Assembly (NCBI GenBank): GCA_051047955.1
Contig: JBPGPT010000052.1
Location: 1-64,000, forward strand
DNA from: Cystobasidiomycetes sp. EMM_F5
Lineage: Eukaryota
Reading direction: 5' to 3'
DNA length: 64,000 bases
The position numbers were made by a program, and so were the translations under genes. How positions within the stretch are numbered: the first letter of the stretch is position 1; the number at the start of each line of letters is the position of its first letter. Shown here one piece after another: positions 1 through 12,118 of the stretch. Under the pieces are notes generated by a model. That model worked only from the letters and a program-made list of their open reading frames with translations. It did no database searches and was not told the origin of the DNA.

Positions 1-2161
1 GGGAAAGAAGCGTCAGCGTTATGCTGTTTGATAGAAGATAGATCCGTCTTACAGTGTCAAACAGTAACGCTGGGACGATATTTGCTATGCTATAGCCTAT
101 AAAGAATATGCACGACGCAGTGACTCGCTTGGTGTATCCATTGACGTTGGAAGCGTTTAACGAGTGTGCCATACTCGCTGCCGCGCCCTGAACGATCAAA
201 ATGTATCAGTAAGCTCATTCAGAGATTCTAGATGGTGAACTGACGAAGGAGTGAAGTGCATACAAGCACGCCAGAGAGCCTTTGACTCTTGGAGCGAGGA
301 GTAGGGCGAGGGCGCCACCCATGATGAGAAGCATCGCGCCTGTCGCGACGATTTCAGCAGGATTCACAGCTCTGTGAGAGATTGACTTACCAGAGTAGAT
401 GTGCAAACGGTATCCCGCGTACTTCATGGCAAAGTATCCCTGTTTCCAATCCAAAGTCAGCTTCGGACTGTAAGAAGACAGGATTTGAGTCCAATCTTAC
501 AGGTATCAAGTTGGCAAGGACGCCTACCAAGCCCTTTGGTGTTTGCACCCTTTTCAAGCATAACGAGACTCAGTCATGGTCTCGAAATCTAGTGCTAAGC
601 AAGACTTACGCGAGTGTCTCGAACGGCGTGTACCCAAAAGTACGAATGATGATTGAAGAGAAGGAAGTCAAAAAGGAGTTTGGCCAATCTGCGATGGTCA
701 CTTCGTCAGCTGTGTTTGTTCCATTGTCCGAAGTAGGTTACACTCACAAGCACATGTTGCCAAAAGACCGATAGCCCAGACATTCGGGTCGCGAAGAGCT
801 TCGATGATCTGCTTGCGGTCAATATCACGAGAGCGGCTGCCTCCGTTGACTCTTCGAATGCGTTCAATAGCTATTTCTCGCTCCCGTTCATTGAGGAATT
901 TAGCCGAAGGTCTGTGCGGATCAAATTGTCAGAGCAAATAATAAGGAAGCCGAAGAGAAAGTGGTGATGGTAGTGGAACTGGCTTACATATCGTCGGGCA
1001 TAAGGAACCAAACAGCTACACTCCATGCCATCGTGATGGAGCCGAGCAGGTAATAAATATTCCGCCACCCCGTCAGCGATCCGTTGATAGAGGCTATACC
1101 GTAATTAACGAGTCTGTCATGAGCAAGGCATGGCTTGAGCGATTTTACACGGTTTAGACCATAGGCAGGCGGACTCACGGGAAGAAAAGATTGCAGGCCG
1201 GAGAAGCGCTGACCCAGATGACTGTACGAAAAGCTTGTTCGCGTTTTGTCCAGTACAAGGCAATGATAGATATCATGGCAGGAGAGATGCCGGCCTGCAA
1301 AACAACGCACGGTCACGTTAGGGCTAGTTCGTGTACCTTCGGAAAATGTTTGGCAGATTACGTACTTCGATGAAACCAAGTGCGGCTCGTTGTACCATGA
1401 TACCAGCGTAGTTTTTGCAAAAGACGGTGCAGATGGTCGTCAAACCCCAGAAGAAGCAAATGACGGCGGCCGAACGTCCCAAGGGGAAACGTTGAATCAA
1501 GAGAGCAATGACAGGCAGGCCGACTAAGTAGCCAATATTGAATATCCTGCGCGACGAGCAGCTTGTATCAGTCGCTTGCCACGCACATATATAGATTCAA
1601 CAAAACCATCGGTCACTGACATTGAGGTATTGGAATATCTTGATCCGGGCTTGAGAATACCGAGCTCTTCTCGAATCGAGAACAAGATGGCCTGCCCTAA
1701 GGATACCTGGGCAGTTTGGCATGTCAGGGAGTTTATAGAAATGAGGCGTAGCAACTTTGCCAAGCGGTACCTAAAGAGTGGGGCATAATCAGACACGCAC
1801 ACAATAGTAGGCAGAGGATGATGCTACCTACCTTGTCTGCATAAGCCAATCCCCAGGCTGGTGAAAAAAAATGAACACGAGGGACATGGTCAGCAAAGTT
1901 TGCCACCAGACTATACCACGACCTACTAATCATCATTATTGGCAGCAATCTCAGATCAATCTTGCGGAGTACCCTCTTCTCCTCTTCAGCAGTGTACGTG
2001 ACTGGGTAGTCGTTCTCTACCGCTGTTGCCGATTTCTCATCTGATGGGGTCGACTCTCCCTTCTCCAGTACTGCACCGTCTGCTGGTGTGGACGACGTAG
2101 CTGCGTTTGCGTCTGCATTCAGTTCGTGGATAGTCTGGTCCTTTTCTGTCTCGACTGTCAT
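1..2161 (-). CDS. MFS transporter, allantoate permease (DAL5-like, ACS family); multi-exon, 3' end runs off the window
   Basis: N-terminus EEEKRVLRKIDLRLLPIMMI followed by WGLAYADK. Further exons VSLGQAILFSIREELG, GWRNIYYLLGSITMAWSVAVWFLMPDD and KYAGYRLHIY. Many GT-AG introns. Confidence 0.85.
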
Positions 2162-2990
2162 TATGGGTTCGTAGGTGTGGGACGTGTGAAATAAGCGAGG
2201 TGATAGGAAGCGGGGTCGTGAGGACGTTATAGTGAGAGATAAAAGCCAGCGCGACGTGGTGGGCAGGATGAGAGTGCGAATGGATGGAACTCAAGAGGTC
2301 TCAAGCCGAGCACCGGCCAATATCCTGCAAATTGTGCGCTCTGGGGGGGGGGATGTCTCCAACACGGGCGATAGGATCATACTCCATCGCAACCCGTTCA
2401 GCGGAAGGATTCCGTCAGCAAAGTGTAAGATGTCAGCAGGGTCCCGGTGTTCCCAAGCAGTTAACGGGTCCTCTGCTGTGGTTTGATGGGACGAGGCTAG
2501 GTTAGAAGGTCAGGCTAGAAGAGCGCGACAGCCGGACAAGCGCGTAGAAGCGCAGGATAGTCGTTCGGATTGTCAGTGTTATGCGATATAGATTAGTCTT
2601 GCTGTCCGTACTCTTCTGCATTGTATTCCAATATATAACCTCGAGAGCCGTCAGTGACCCTCTCGGCCGTAACAAACACGGCTCTGAGACGGGATGTCTG
2701 ACCATCAATGTTATGGTCAGCATGTAGTAAGCAAACAGCGAATACAGTAATGTCCAGAATGGAGGATATTCCATCTCACTCCAGCCCGCTTCAAGCCGCA
2801 ATGAAGACGCGTAAAGAGAAGGTGTCGATTCAAATTGACGGAAAGCAGGATACATACACGTTGTTGGATATGGACTCATTCAATACAATCATTGTCGCAA
2901 GGACGATACTCTCAACGTCGTTTTGTTATCTCGTTCTTCGAGTTGCAATTCAAAAGTTGCTTCGAGTATCCTTGTTTCTTTAACCCAACA

Positions 2991-4833
2991 ATGACTGCCG
3001 TTTACAATGGACTGCCATCATCACAGCATGCCATCGATGACTGCGACCAGCCTGCCAAACGGATGCGCTTCAATAAATGCCCAGCTCAGAAACCGATAGC
3101 CCAGCCATTGGGCAATCTGCTGTTCCACATCGACGCCCACGACAGCAGAGACAGCGGACTGGGTCATTCCTTCTCTCAGCTCCCCGATGAGCTCGTATCC
3201 GCCGTCTTTTCAGAACTCGAACCGCACGACTGGCTCAGAGCTCAGGCGACGAGCAGAGCCTTCTTTGCCTGGTCGAGGATAGAGTCGCACTGGAAGCTGG
3301 CCTACGTAAAGAGGTCGAGAGGTGGACTGCAAGACTGGAGAGGTTCGTGGAGGTCTTCCTACGTCTACACCTTTATTGCGCCGCATTCGTATCGGCATCA
3401 TTCAAGACTGCCATCCGATAGTATAGATGTGTCGGGATCCATCTACAGCGATGTCCTCAGTCTCCCATACCTCGCTGCAAAGTACGATGCAAACGTGCTC
3501 GTGAAAGCGCAGAGCTTTGCAAATAATATACCCCGAAAGGATGGACGGGGATTGACAGCCGGCGACTTGGGAGATACACCAATGATCCTCACGCACCTCA
3601 TAGACGACTGGAAGGCGGCCAGTGGGGAGACTGCCTCATGGTCACTGCCCTCCATCGCCGCACGCTATCCCTCCATCAAGTTTCGAGCAGAAGCAGTCTT
3701 GACGACAATGGACGAGTACATATCCTACCACAACGCAAGCGACGCAGACGAAAGTCCGCTCTACGTCTTTGATCCAGACTTTGTGGACAAGACGCGCAAC
3801 GGCGACGACAGAGGAGGACTTGAAGACGATTTCAACGTACCCCATCTGTTTGCAGACGATCTCTTCAAACTGCTCGGAAAACAGCGACCGAATTATAGAT
3901 GGTTGATTGCTGGACCAGCTAGGTCTGGTTCGACGTTTCACCTAGACCCAAACGCTACAAGCGCCTGGAATGCAGTGGTGACGGGCAGGAAACTGTGGAT
4001 CTGCTTCCCGCCAGACATTACTCCACCGGGGATTCACGTCAGTGACGACATGTCGGAGGTAGAAGCGCCTCTCTCGCTGGCTGGTGGGTACACCCATAAC
4101 CGTCCCTAACGACCAAGCTGATCAGACATTGACAGAATGGCTCTTCAATTTCTACCCGCAAGCCAAGTCGATGTACGGACCACGAGCAAAGGATCCGCTG
4201 AACCGCGGCAAGATGTTGGAGGGCGTATGCGAGCAAGGCGAGACATTCTACGTGCCAGCAGGATGGTGGCATCGTGAGCTTATTTCAACGCCAACGGCAA
4301 TCAATTCCAGCTGAATATGACGTGCTCGACCGTTTGCAGTCGTCGTCAACTTGGAGTCATCCATCGCCGTCACTCAGAACTTTGTCTCTCAGACCAACCT
4401 GCCTGGTGTATTGTACTTTCTCAAGCATCGCGCCGAGCAAGTCTCTGGATTCCGAATGAGCCAGGAAACCTCTTGTCTTGCTCCTACCGCCACAGCTAAA
4501 TTGGCTCAAGATCTAGGCAACAATCACGCACACACAGAGTATGGAGGAGAAGAGGACGACGAGTCGGGAGGGTTACCTGGTGTGGTGTTTGAGCAGTTTT
4601 GCAATGCTCTACGGCAGCACGACTCGGATCTCCTCATGGACGGCCTGAAGGGGATGGCGAGGCTCGAGCTGCATCGTCAGAGTGTTTGCAAGGGTCAACA
4701 GACCGAGGGACACGATCTTTGGACTCGGGTGACTGCCCCCGAGCACGAACACAAGACAGGTAGTGGTGATGCGGGCTTCTCTTTCGGCTTTGACATTGCT
4801 GCGATGGACGAGTGGGAGCGTAATGAAGATTAG
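2991..4833 (+). CDS. F-box plus JmjC (cupin_8, JMJD6-like) 2-oxoglutarate dioxygenase
   Basis: F-box-like LPDELVSAVFSELEPHDWLRAQATSRAF. JmjC motifs PLYVFD, RPNYRWLIAGPARSGSTFHLDPNATSAWN, FYVPAGWWH and SIAVTQNFV. ATG at 2991; introns near 4085-4134 and 4275-4339. Confidence 0.9.
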
Positions 4834-5090
4834 AGACGGTGTGCGTTGTAATAGTTATTGTATGAATGTGCTTTAAAGAAGTCCGCTTTTATTGGCACTT
4901 TACGCGTCGTCGGAGTCTACATTCCTCTGACTCCCACCGAGGCATGCCATGAAATCCGGCACAATTGACGAGCAACAAGGCAGAGAATCAATGGCTAAAC
5001 ATGACGCGCTTTGCAGTGTTGACTTTTAGCTAATATCTGAGACTAAACGGCTGACTGATTGACTGACCGACCTGCTTCGAGTCGCTCAAT

Positions 5091-8000
5091 ATGTCAAGAC
5101 GGCGATTGCTGTTGGCTTTCTTGACCGCCAGCGCAGTCTTCTTGACGACTACCTGCACCGCGTCGTCGTCGTTCAATTGGCAGGAACATCCCGCTCCTCT
5201 AAGTCCTGACCTCGTATCTCAACAAAACGGGAATGACTACGCGCCTTTTGCTGCCCAATTACCAGACACCGTTCCCGCAAATACTACGCACAAGAAACGC
5301 GACAATGGTGCATGGGCGTGGCCGTCGACGCCGTTTAGCGGACCGGTGAGCTTCTGTGTCCGATATAGCTTTATTCATGATCTGACAGATCCGTCCAGGG
5401 AGTCCCTATATTCGTTAGATCTCCATATACCAGTACATATCTCTGGGCAGGCAATCACGACAGAGGCAGTGACCTCACTCAACAATGGCTAGGCTTCTGG
5501 AATGGCTACGTATGCAACCAAATGACTCTGTATAATGGTGCCTGACCTTCATCTGCAGCCCGTCCCGCTGTGTATCAACATCAGAGTCGACAATACAATC
5601 TACACCGTCAGTGGAATTACTGGACTTTGCGCGCCGAGCGGGGGTAATCGCGGCACCATTGTCTCGATGTCATTCACGAGCACTGCAACTACATACGTCT
5701 ACGCGGCTGGCCCGCTCAGAGTGACGATGGTCTTCCTGTCTCCAATCACGCCCAATGACCTGGTCAGGCAAACGCTGCCTTATGCATACTACAACGTCAG
5801 TGTGACGGCAACAGACAGCCAGGCGCACAATGTTCAAGTGAGTGAGACATGACTCCTGACGATGCGTCTGTCGGCTTACCTTCACTGCAGATATACACCG
5901 ACATTACTGGCAGCTGGGCTTCCAACGATAATAGCAGGCAGATTAGCTGGAACACTGCGTCCTTCTCCGGCCTTCACGTGCACAACATATCGCTCACCAA
6001 TCAAGTTCCGTATGGCGAAGACTCTGCGGATCAGTCTCTGTACGGCTCGGCTGTGCTGGCTACAGACTCCTCAGCCAACACGACATGGTCGCAAGGGTCA
6101 TCTTCCGCCGTGCGAAGTGCATGGGCTTCATCTGGCACGCTGTCAGGGTCGACAGACACGGCTTACAGAGCAATCAACAATAACGAGCCCGTTTTTGCAT
6201 TCAGCAAGAATGTCGGAACTCTGTCGGCGGGGGCAACTGCAAGCGCTTTATTTGCCATTGGACACTATAGGGATCCAGCTCTCCTTTTCACAGCGACGAA
6301 TGATCCTACACCATCGCGGTCCAGCTACTTCATGTCGGCTTACCCTTCGCTCCAGTCTAGTCTGAGCTTTTTCTACAGCGACTACGCCAACGCTCTTTCC
6401 ATGTCTCAAAACTTTGATGCTCAGATACAGAGCGCAGCTACAAGCGTCTATTCGGCTCACTATGCCGACATTTGTGCGCTGATCTCGAGACAGGTATGGA
6501 GTGGAACGGAAGTCTTCGTCCCGCAGCTTCCGGCTGGCGGCTACGATACTTCGATGGCGGAGCTGTACCAGAAGGAGATTGCAACATCCAACGATATCTC
6601 GACTGTGGATGTTCTTGCTCCGTCGATCCCATACTTCTTGTATCGTGAGCATTTTCAAAACAACGGCTTATACATAGCTGACATGCTTGAACGTAGTCAA
6701 CCCCGATCTCCTGAAGTATGCGATGCGACCCATCATACAATACGCCGAGGAAGTCTTTCCCTACAAATGGGCTCCTCATGATATCGGCTACCCTTACCCG
6801 AACGCGGGTGGTGCTCGCCAGCTCGATGCACCATACTATATCGAAGAGTCTGGAAACATGCTCTATATGGCTCTTGGCTACACTCGCTTCTCCGGCAAGA
6901 CTGACGTGAGCTGCCGAATATTCAAGGAAACTAGACATCTACTGATACAGCCGCCGTGACAGGTTATAAATGACCACTATAGCATACTGAAGCAGTGGGC
7001 CGACTACTTGGTGACAGATTCCCTATATCCAGTCTTACAAGCGAGCACCGATGATTTCTCTGGCGAGCTCGCCAACATGACTTCGTTGGCCGTCAAAGGT
7101 GCCGTCGGTATTGGCTGTATGGGGCAGATTGCGACTCTGTTGGGTCGCACAGACGACGCCCGGAGGTACAACTCTACTGCCGTGTCCTACGCTCAGCAGA
7201 TTATCAGGCTGGCCCAGTCATCAAATGGTGATCACCTCAGACTTACGTATCAGAGCGACGATAGCACTTGGAGCAGTCAGTACAACATGTGGCCGGATCG
7301 CTTATTCGGATTAGGCATCTTCCCAGCTTCGGTATACAGCTCTCAAGCGAGTTGGTATGCCAGACAAGCGCGTGAGTACGATTATCGAAAGGTTCACAAC
7401 CAGGCATAGCTGACACTACCCAAAAAGAAACGTATGGTGTGCAGTTGGACAGTCGCAGCAATTGGGTGAAGGCAGACTGGGCATTCTGGCTTGCGGTGTG
7501 TGGGGTCATCAGGTCATTTCCCGCGACTGCTGATCGCGACTGACGTCCCGAATCTAGGCTACTCACTCGGACAACAGAGCCGTCAGTGATCTATTCGTAG
7601 AAGGCTACTGGAAATTCCTCGACTATGGCTCTCTCGGTCAAGCTGCGAACGACCGATATGATGTTACTAATGCTGGGACCAGCGGGTGAGCTTGGACTTC
7701 CCGCGTCTTTGCTGTGCCATGCTGATTGACGTATCATATGCAGCTTCAACGATCGTCCAGTCATCGGTGCTATATATGCGCTCCTTGCACAAGCCAAGTT
7801 GGCGACTCTGCCACTTCCCAGTGGAAACGGCAACGCCGCTGGCACGACGGTAGTCCTCACTGTCTCTGCTCCGGCCTCGACTGTAACATTAACCGGGACA
7901 GGTCAGTCGGTAACGATGAGACGTGCGGGGATTCCGTGTTGATCGTTAAACTACAGTCTCCACATGTTCAAGTGCTCCGGTCTTCACGCCGGCGCCCACG

Positions 8001-8240
8001 TTCACCAGCAATTGTAAGCGAGATCGGGTGCTTATCGAGCTCAGCTTTTCAATTAACGTCCTTCATGCAGCCGTGTTTGCGCCGACCAAGGCGACGTCAA
8101 AGGCGACGACAGTGACGACCACGTTGCGAACCACGCTGACATCGACTACCACATTGCGCACTACCTCTGTAGTAACGACTACAGTGACTTCGATCAAGAC
8201 GGTCACTTCGTCGGCCAAAACCATATTTCAACCTCATTGA
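5091..8240 (+). CDS. Secreted glutaminase GtaA-like protein (DUF5127/DUF4965/DUF1793 type) with Thr-rich tail
   Basis: Signal peptide and Kex2-like KKR. Family motifs FLSPITPNDLVRQTLPYAY, IYTDITGSW, KEIATSNDISTVDV, APHDIGYPYPNA, EESGNML, QASTDDFSGELAN and LAVKG. Many introns. Confidence 0.85.
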
Positions 8241-8340
8241 ACGAAGAGCGTGACTTTGCCAAGATCGGCTTTTCCAGTTGCGGGACATTATTTGCTCTAT
8301 TGCGGTGGCATGCTATATGTGAGCTGGGTGGAGCCTGCGT

Positions 8341-8506
8341 AGCCTCACCTGAATACTACGTAAGGTATTACGGAAGCCTCACCGGAATACTACGGAAAAT
8401 GCTACGAAAATTACTGCCGCATCTTTCTCGTAGTACTTTGGTGTGCAGCCTCGTAGTATTCTGGTGAAGCACCGTAGTATTCTGGAGTGGCCTTGTAGTA
8501 CTCAGG
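8341..8506. repeat. Imperfect foldback array of CGTAGTATTC/GAATACTACG units
   Basis: Left arm has AGCCTCACC(T/G)GAATACTACG at 8341 and 8375. Right arm has (C/T)GTAGTA(C/T)T units at 8429, 8452, 8473 and 8494. Confidence 0.85.
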
Positions 8507-8644
8507 TCAAGTTCTGCAAAAAGGTCAGCTGATCTCTGCCTTTCAACAACGCTTGAAATGTAAAAAGCGAATGCAGTCTCAATACTCTTCTGCTCTGAAT
8601 TTCACACTACGGCCTAATTTATCTTCACAATTCTCGTCACTACA

Positions 8645-11410
8645 TTAAAGCTGATAACGGAAGCCTTTGTTCTCCCAATCTGTGATATCTTCCTTGCCTC
8701 GAATGGTGCTGAACTCGCCCGCCTTGTCTCGCTTGCTGTTTTGACGCTTGTAGTACAGCCGGAGGAGTTGCGCAAGAATGGCTCCAAGGGCGGTCATGGT
8801 ACTCGTTGCGGCGAACCCAGCAGTATATTGAGGACCCTCTGTAGAGAAGAATTAGTTGAGATGTAATGCAGGCTATGTAAGTAAACTTGCTATCGGTATC
8901 GAATAAGATAGCTGGTCTGGATTTGAGCGGGATTCTGCTATCAATGAAACGTAAAGACTCACGCGCTATAGTCTGAGCAATAGAGTAGCCGAAAAAGGTA
9001 AAGCAGGTAGCGACTGTGCGTTTCTGTATTTGCCATAAGCCTTTACAGCCTTTGTTCATGCGACAGCAGCTCACGGTGTATCCTCCTACGTTACTCGCGG
9101 ACATGCCGTGAACCTGTCGCGCGGTCAAAATTCAATACGCTCTCCGTCGAATAGCTCATGTCTTACCTGGCCTGCAGCTGCGCCAAAGAAATGGAGTCCG
9201 TACTGGAGGCAATTTGTAATCATCTACTTTTCAGACTGTCGGGGAACCTCTGAAACCTACCAGGGCACCAAGAAGGCCAGGTACGCGCGGCGCGAGTAAC
9301 AATGCTATCGAACCCGCAAAAGCGAAGGAAACGGCCCCTGTGTAGATGTGGAGGCGGTAACCAGGGTGCTTCATGGAAAGATAACCCGGAATAATGTTGG
9401 CTAGAAATCCCTGCATCAGGGCATAAGCCCGGCTACGGCCAATTCGACTTGGAACGACTTACGACGACCCCTTTCGGTATTTGAACGCTGTTCTTCCCCT
9501 TTCAGCGATATAGACACAAAGTAATCCGACAACAATTTACTTACGCAAGATTTTCAACAGTAGAATAGCCAAGAGACTGAATGATAAGAGATCTGTAAGT
9601 GCAACAATGGGGTTCGTAGCGGTCGGTAGTTTCCAGTATGCATGCGAAAGAGGAGAAAAGGTAAATTCGAGTCTTATTCCGCTTGTCTGGATTGCGAAAC
9701 GATAAAGAGACTCACGAGAAATTTGTTAAGACGCCATTCGGGAAGCTGGTGGGCGCGTCTTAGCAATGCTGTCTACTTCATATTGTAATTATCAGGATGA
9801 ACGTACTATGCGCCGGCGGCCAGAAAACCAAGCGCCCAGACATTTGGATCACGCAGAGCCTCCCACACCTGTGGCCAGATGATCTTGTTACTCTTGCTCC
9901 CACCATTGTTGCGTCGGATACGTTCGCCTGCAATGTCTCGCTCGCGTTCATTCAAGAACTTGGCGGAGGGGCTGTCGCAAGAACGTCAGCACGAGGAATG
10001 GCAATGTCACGTCAATAACCTACATGTCGTCTGGCAAGCGGAACCACACCACGAATGACCATGCTGCATGTGCACTCAGTCTCTTTGAAAGGGAACGTGG
10101 CATTTGGAAACCGCTTACCCAAAGTGATTGCACCTCCGAAGTAGAACATGGCTTTCCCTGCTCACATGGTCAGTAAGATATCGATGTCAGCAAGTATCAT
10201 GCCATAACGCACATGCGCCTGGCGTTGTTGGCCCCTTGATCATGCCCAAGCCTGTGTCAACGACAAGATTCAGCTCAGAAGCAGAATTTTTGTCAGCAGA
10301 TGGCTCTCACCATAATTGATCATGGGTGAGAAGATGTTAGTAGCGGGGGGAGGCCGCAACCCAGATCCTGCGTTTAGACATTCCTTCAGCGATTTGCAAA
10401 TCAGTATGCAGTATTCTTGCTCACGTAGCTCGGAAAGCTTGTTCACTGTATCACATACTATCAAAGAGGACCGTACAAGCGAAGTGCAGTGTACTTACCG
10501 TTTCGTATAATAAGATGCAGTGAGTGACACGAACGTCGGTGCAATACCCGCCTAGCGAGAAAAGGCATCAGACAACCAGCTTGCATATCAGAGATAGCCG
10601 TCATACTTCTATAAACCCAAGAGCAGTGCGTTGTACCATGACTCCAGTATAATTCGAGCAGAATGTCGCGCACAGGACTACAATACCCCAGAGGAAGACC
10701 AAAACGGCTGCAGCTCTTCCAATGGGAAAGCGCTGGATAGCCAGGCCAATCGTAGGAAGACCAACGATGTATCCCTGTTACGACCGTCAGCTCGTATGAC
10801 AAATGAATTGGGTGACTATTACATACAATGTTGAAGATCATCGAAGCGTTGCTGTAATTTGAGCCGGGGTTGACCAGTCCCAGATCCTGCCTGAATCTAA
10901 AGAGTACAGCCTACCTGTACAATTAGCAATGCCCTGATATAGGATGCTCGCTAGCCTACCTGACCCATGATGACCTGTTAACGCACGCGCATACAACGTC
11001 AGCAATCCCATGATGTACAGTAGGCACTCAGGAATCACCTTGTCGTAGTATGCTAAGCCGTAAGCTGCAGCGATGTATAGTTAGTGCCTGACTACCTCTT
11101 TGGGTGTAGCGTAGCCTCACTAATCATCACTAAGGAAGTATCAGGTCAGTACACAAGTCAACACGCTCTGAAACCCAGATAGCCTTGACTCACTGATAGG
11201 CAGTAGTCGCCAGTCAATCTTGCGAACCACACGCTTCTCCTCTTCTTCGGTATAGGTGACTGGATACTTCTCCTCGACCTCTTCAAACGACGTTGTCGTT
11301 GGCTTCTCTTCATCACTGTCATCCAATTCCTGGTGAGTAGGTGCTAGACCCGGAGCTATATTCTTGGTTGCCATGGTCGACAATGCAGTCTCTGCCATTC
11401 CGGATGCCAT
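8645..11410 (-). CDS. MFS transporter, allantoate permease (DAL5-like); paralogue of 1-2161, very intron-rich
   Basis: YPVTYTEEEEKRVVRKIDWRLLPI, YGLAYYDK, KHPGYRLHIY and SNVGGYT. C-terminus DITDWENKGFRYQL*, typical of DAL5-type permeases. Confidence 0.88.
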
Positions 11411-12118
11411 CTTGTCGGGACAGTCAGTGAATGGATAGGCGGCAAGACTTTTAAAATGATTAGAAGACAAGAGAGGAGCGAGCCGAGAAACGACCTAGGT
11501 CGTCGGCATATAAAAGCAGGAGCCCCAGCGATACTTCGGACAGGCTGAACTGTTTTGACGGGGAAATCAGCCAATATTTGCGGGATGGGAGAAATGTGCG
11601 TACGACTGCCAAGCTCCGACTCTAAAAGCACCACTCTGCTGTAGCAGTAGATCCCGAAACTCTCGCTCGTCAGCGCATCACGGTCGGGATTTACTGCCGC
11701 CACCCGGTACATCCGGTACAATGCCAAGACAATTTGCTTCTTTGTCAGTGAGCGGTGTATCGGCATACGGCTTGGACGGAAAGCATTTCGGATGCGCTGC
11801 AGTGAGATTTGGCGGAGTTCGGATGAGAACAGTCGCTGTACTGTACGATGTTCCGAATCCGAAGCAGGTCAATTGCATTGATGTACTTCTATGTTAGCTT
11901 CCAGCTGCAGCAATGGAGTCTTTGACGAGTGCAACCTCTGATTGAATTTCATTGGAGCTTTCAGTGGAATCTCATTGCGGATCTCAGTAGAGTTACTGCT
12001 TTATTTCATAAACTCGGTAAAAGGCATACTCAGTACATTAATGTGGAGATGCTACCCAGACGACGGTCATTTAATGGTTCAAACTGCAGTCACGGATGTC
12101 GCACGGCTATCTATAGGC

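Noticed and set aside
2502..2983. Short ORFs upstream of the F-box/JmjC gene
   Set aside because: No recognisable motif or splice structure, and they lie in a divergent promoter region.
8341..8506. CRISPR-like repeat-spacer array
   Set aside because: The repeats are only about 10-16 bp, degenerate and in both orientations, with spacers of about 10 bp. The context is eukaryotic and no cas genes are present.
11880..12118. AT-richer stretch with small ORFs as a possible transposon remnant
   Set aside because: No transposase, RT or integrase motifs and no definable termini.
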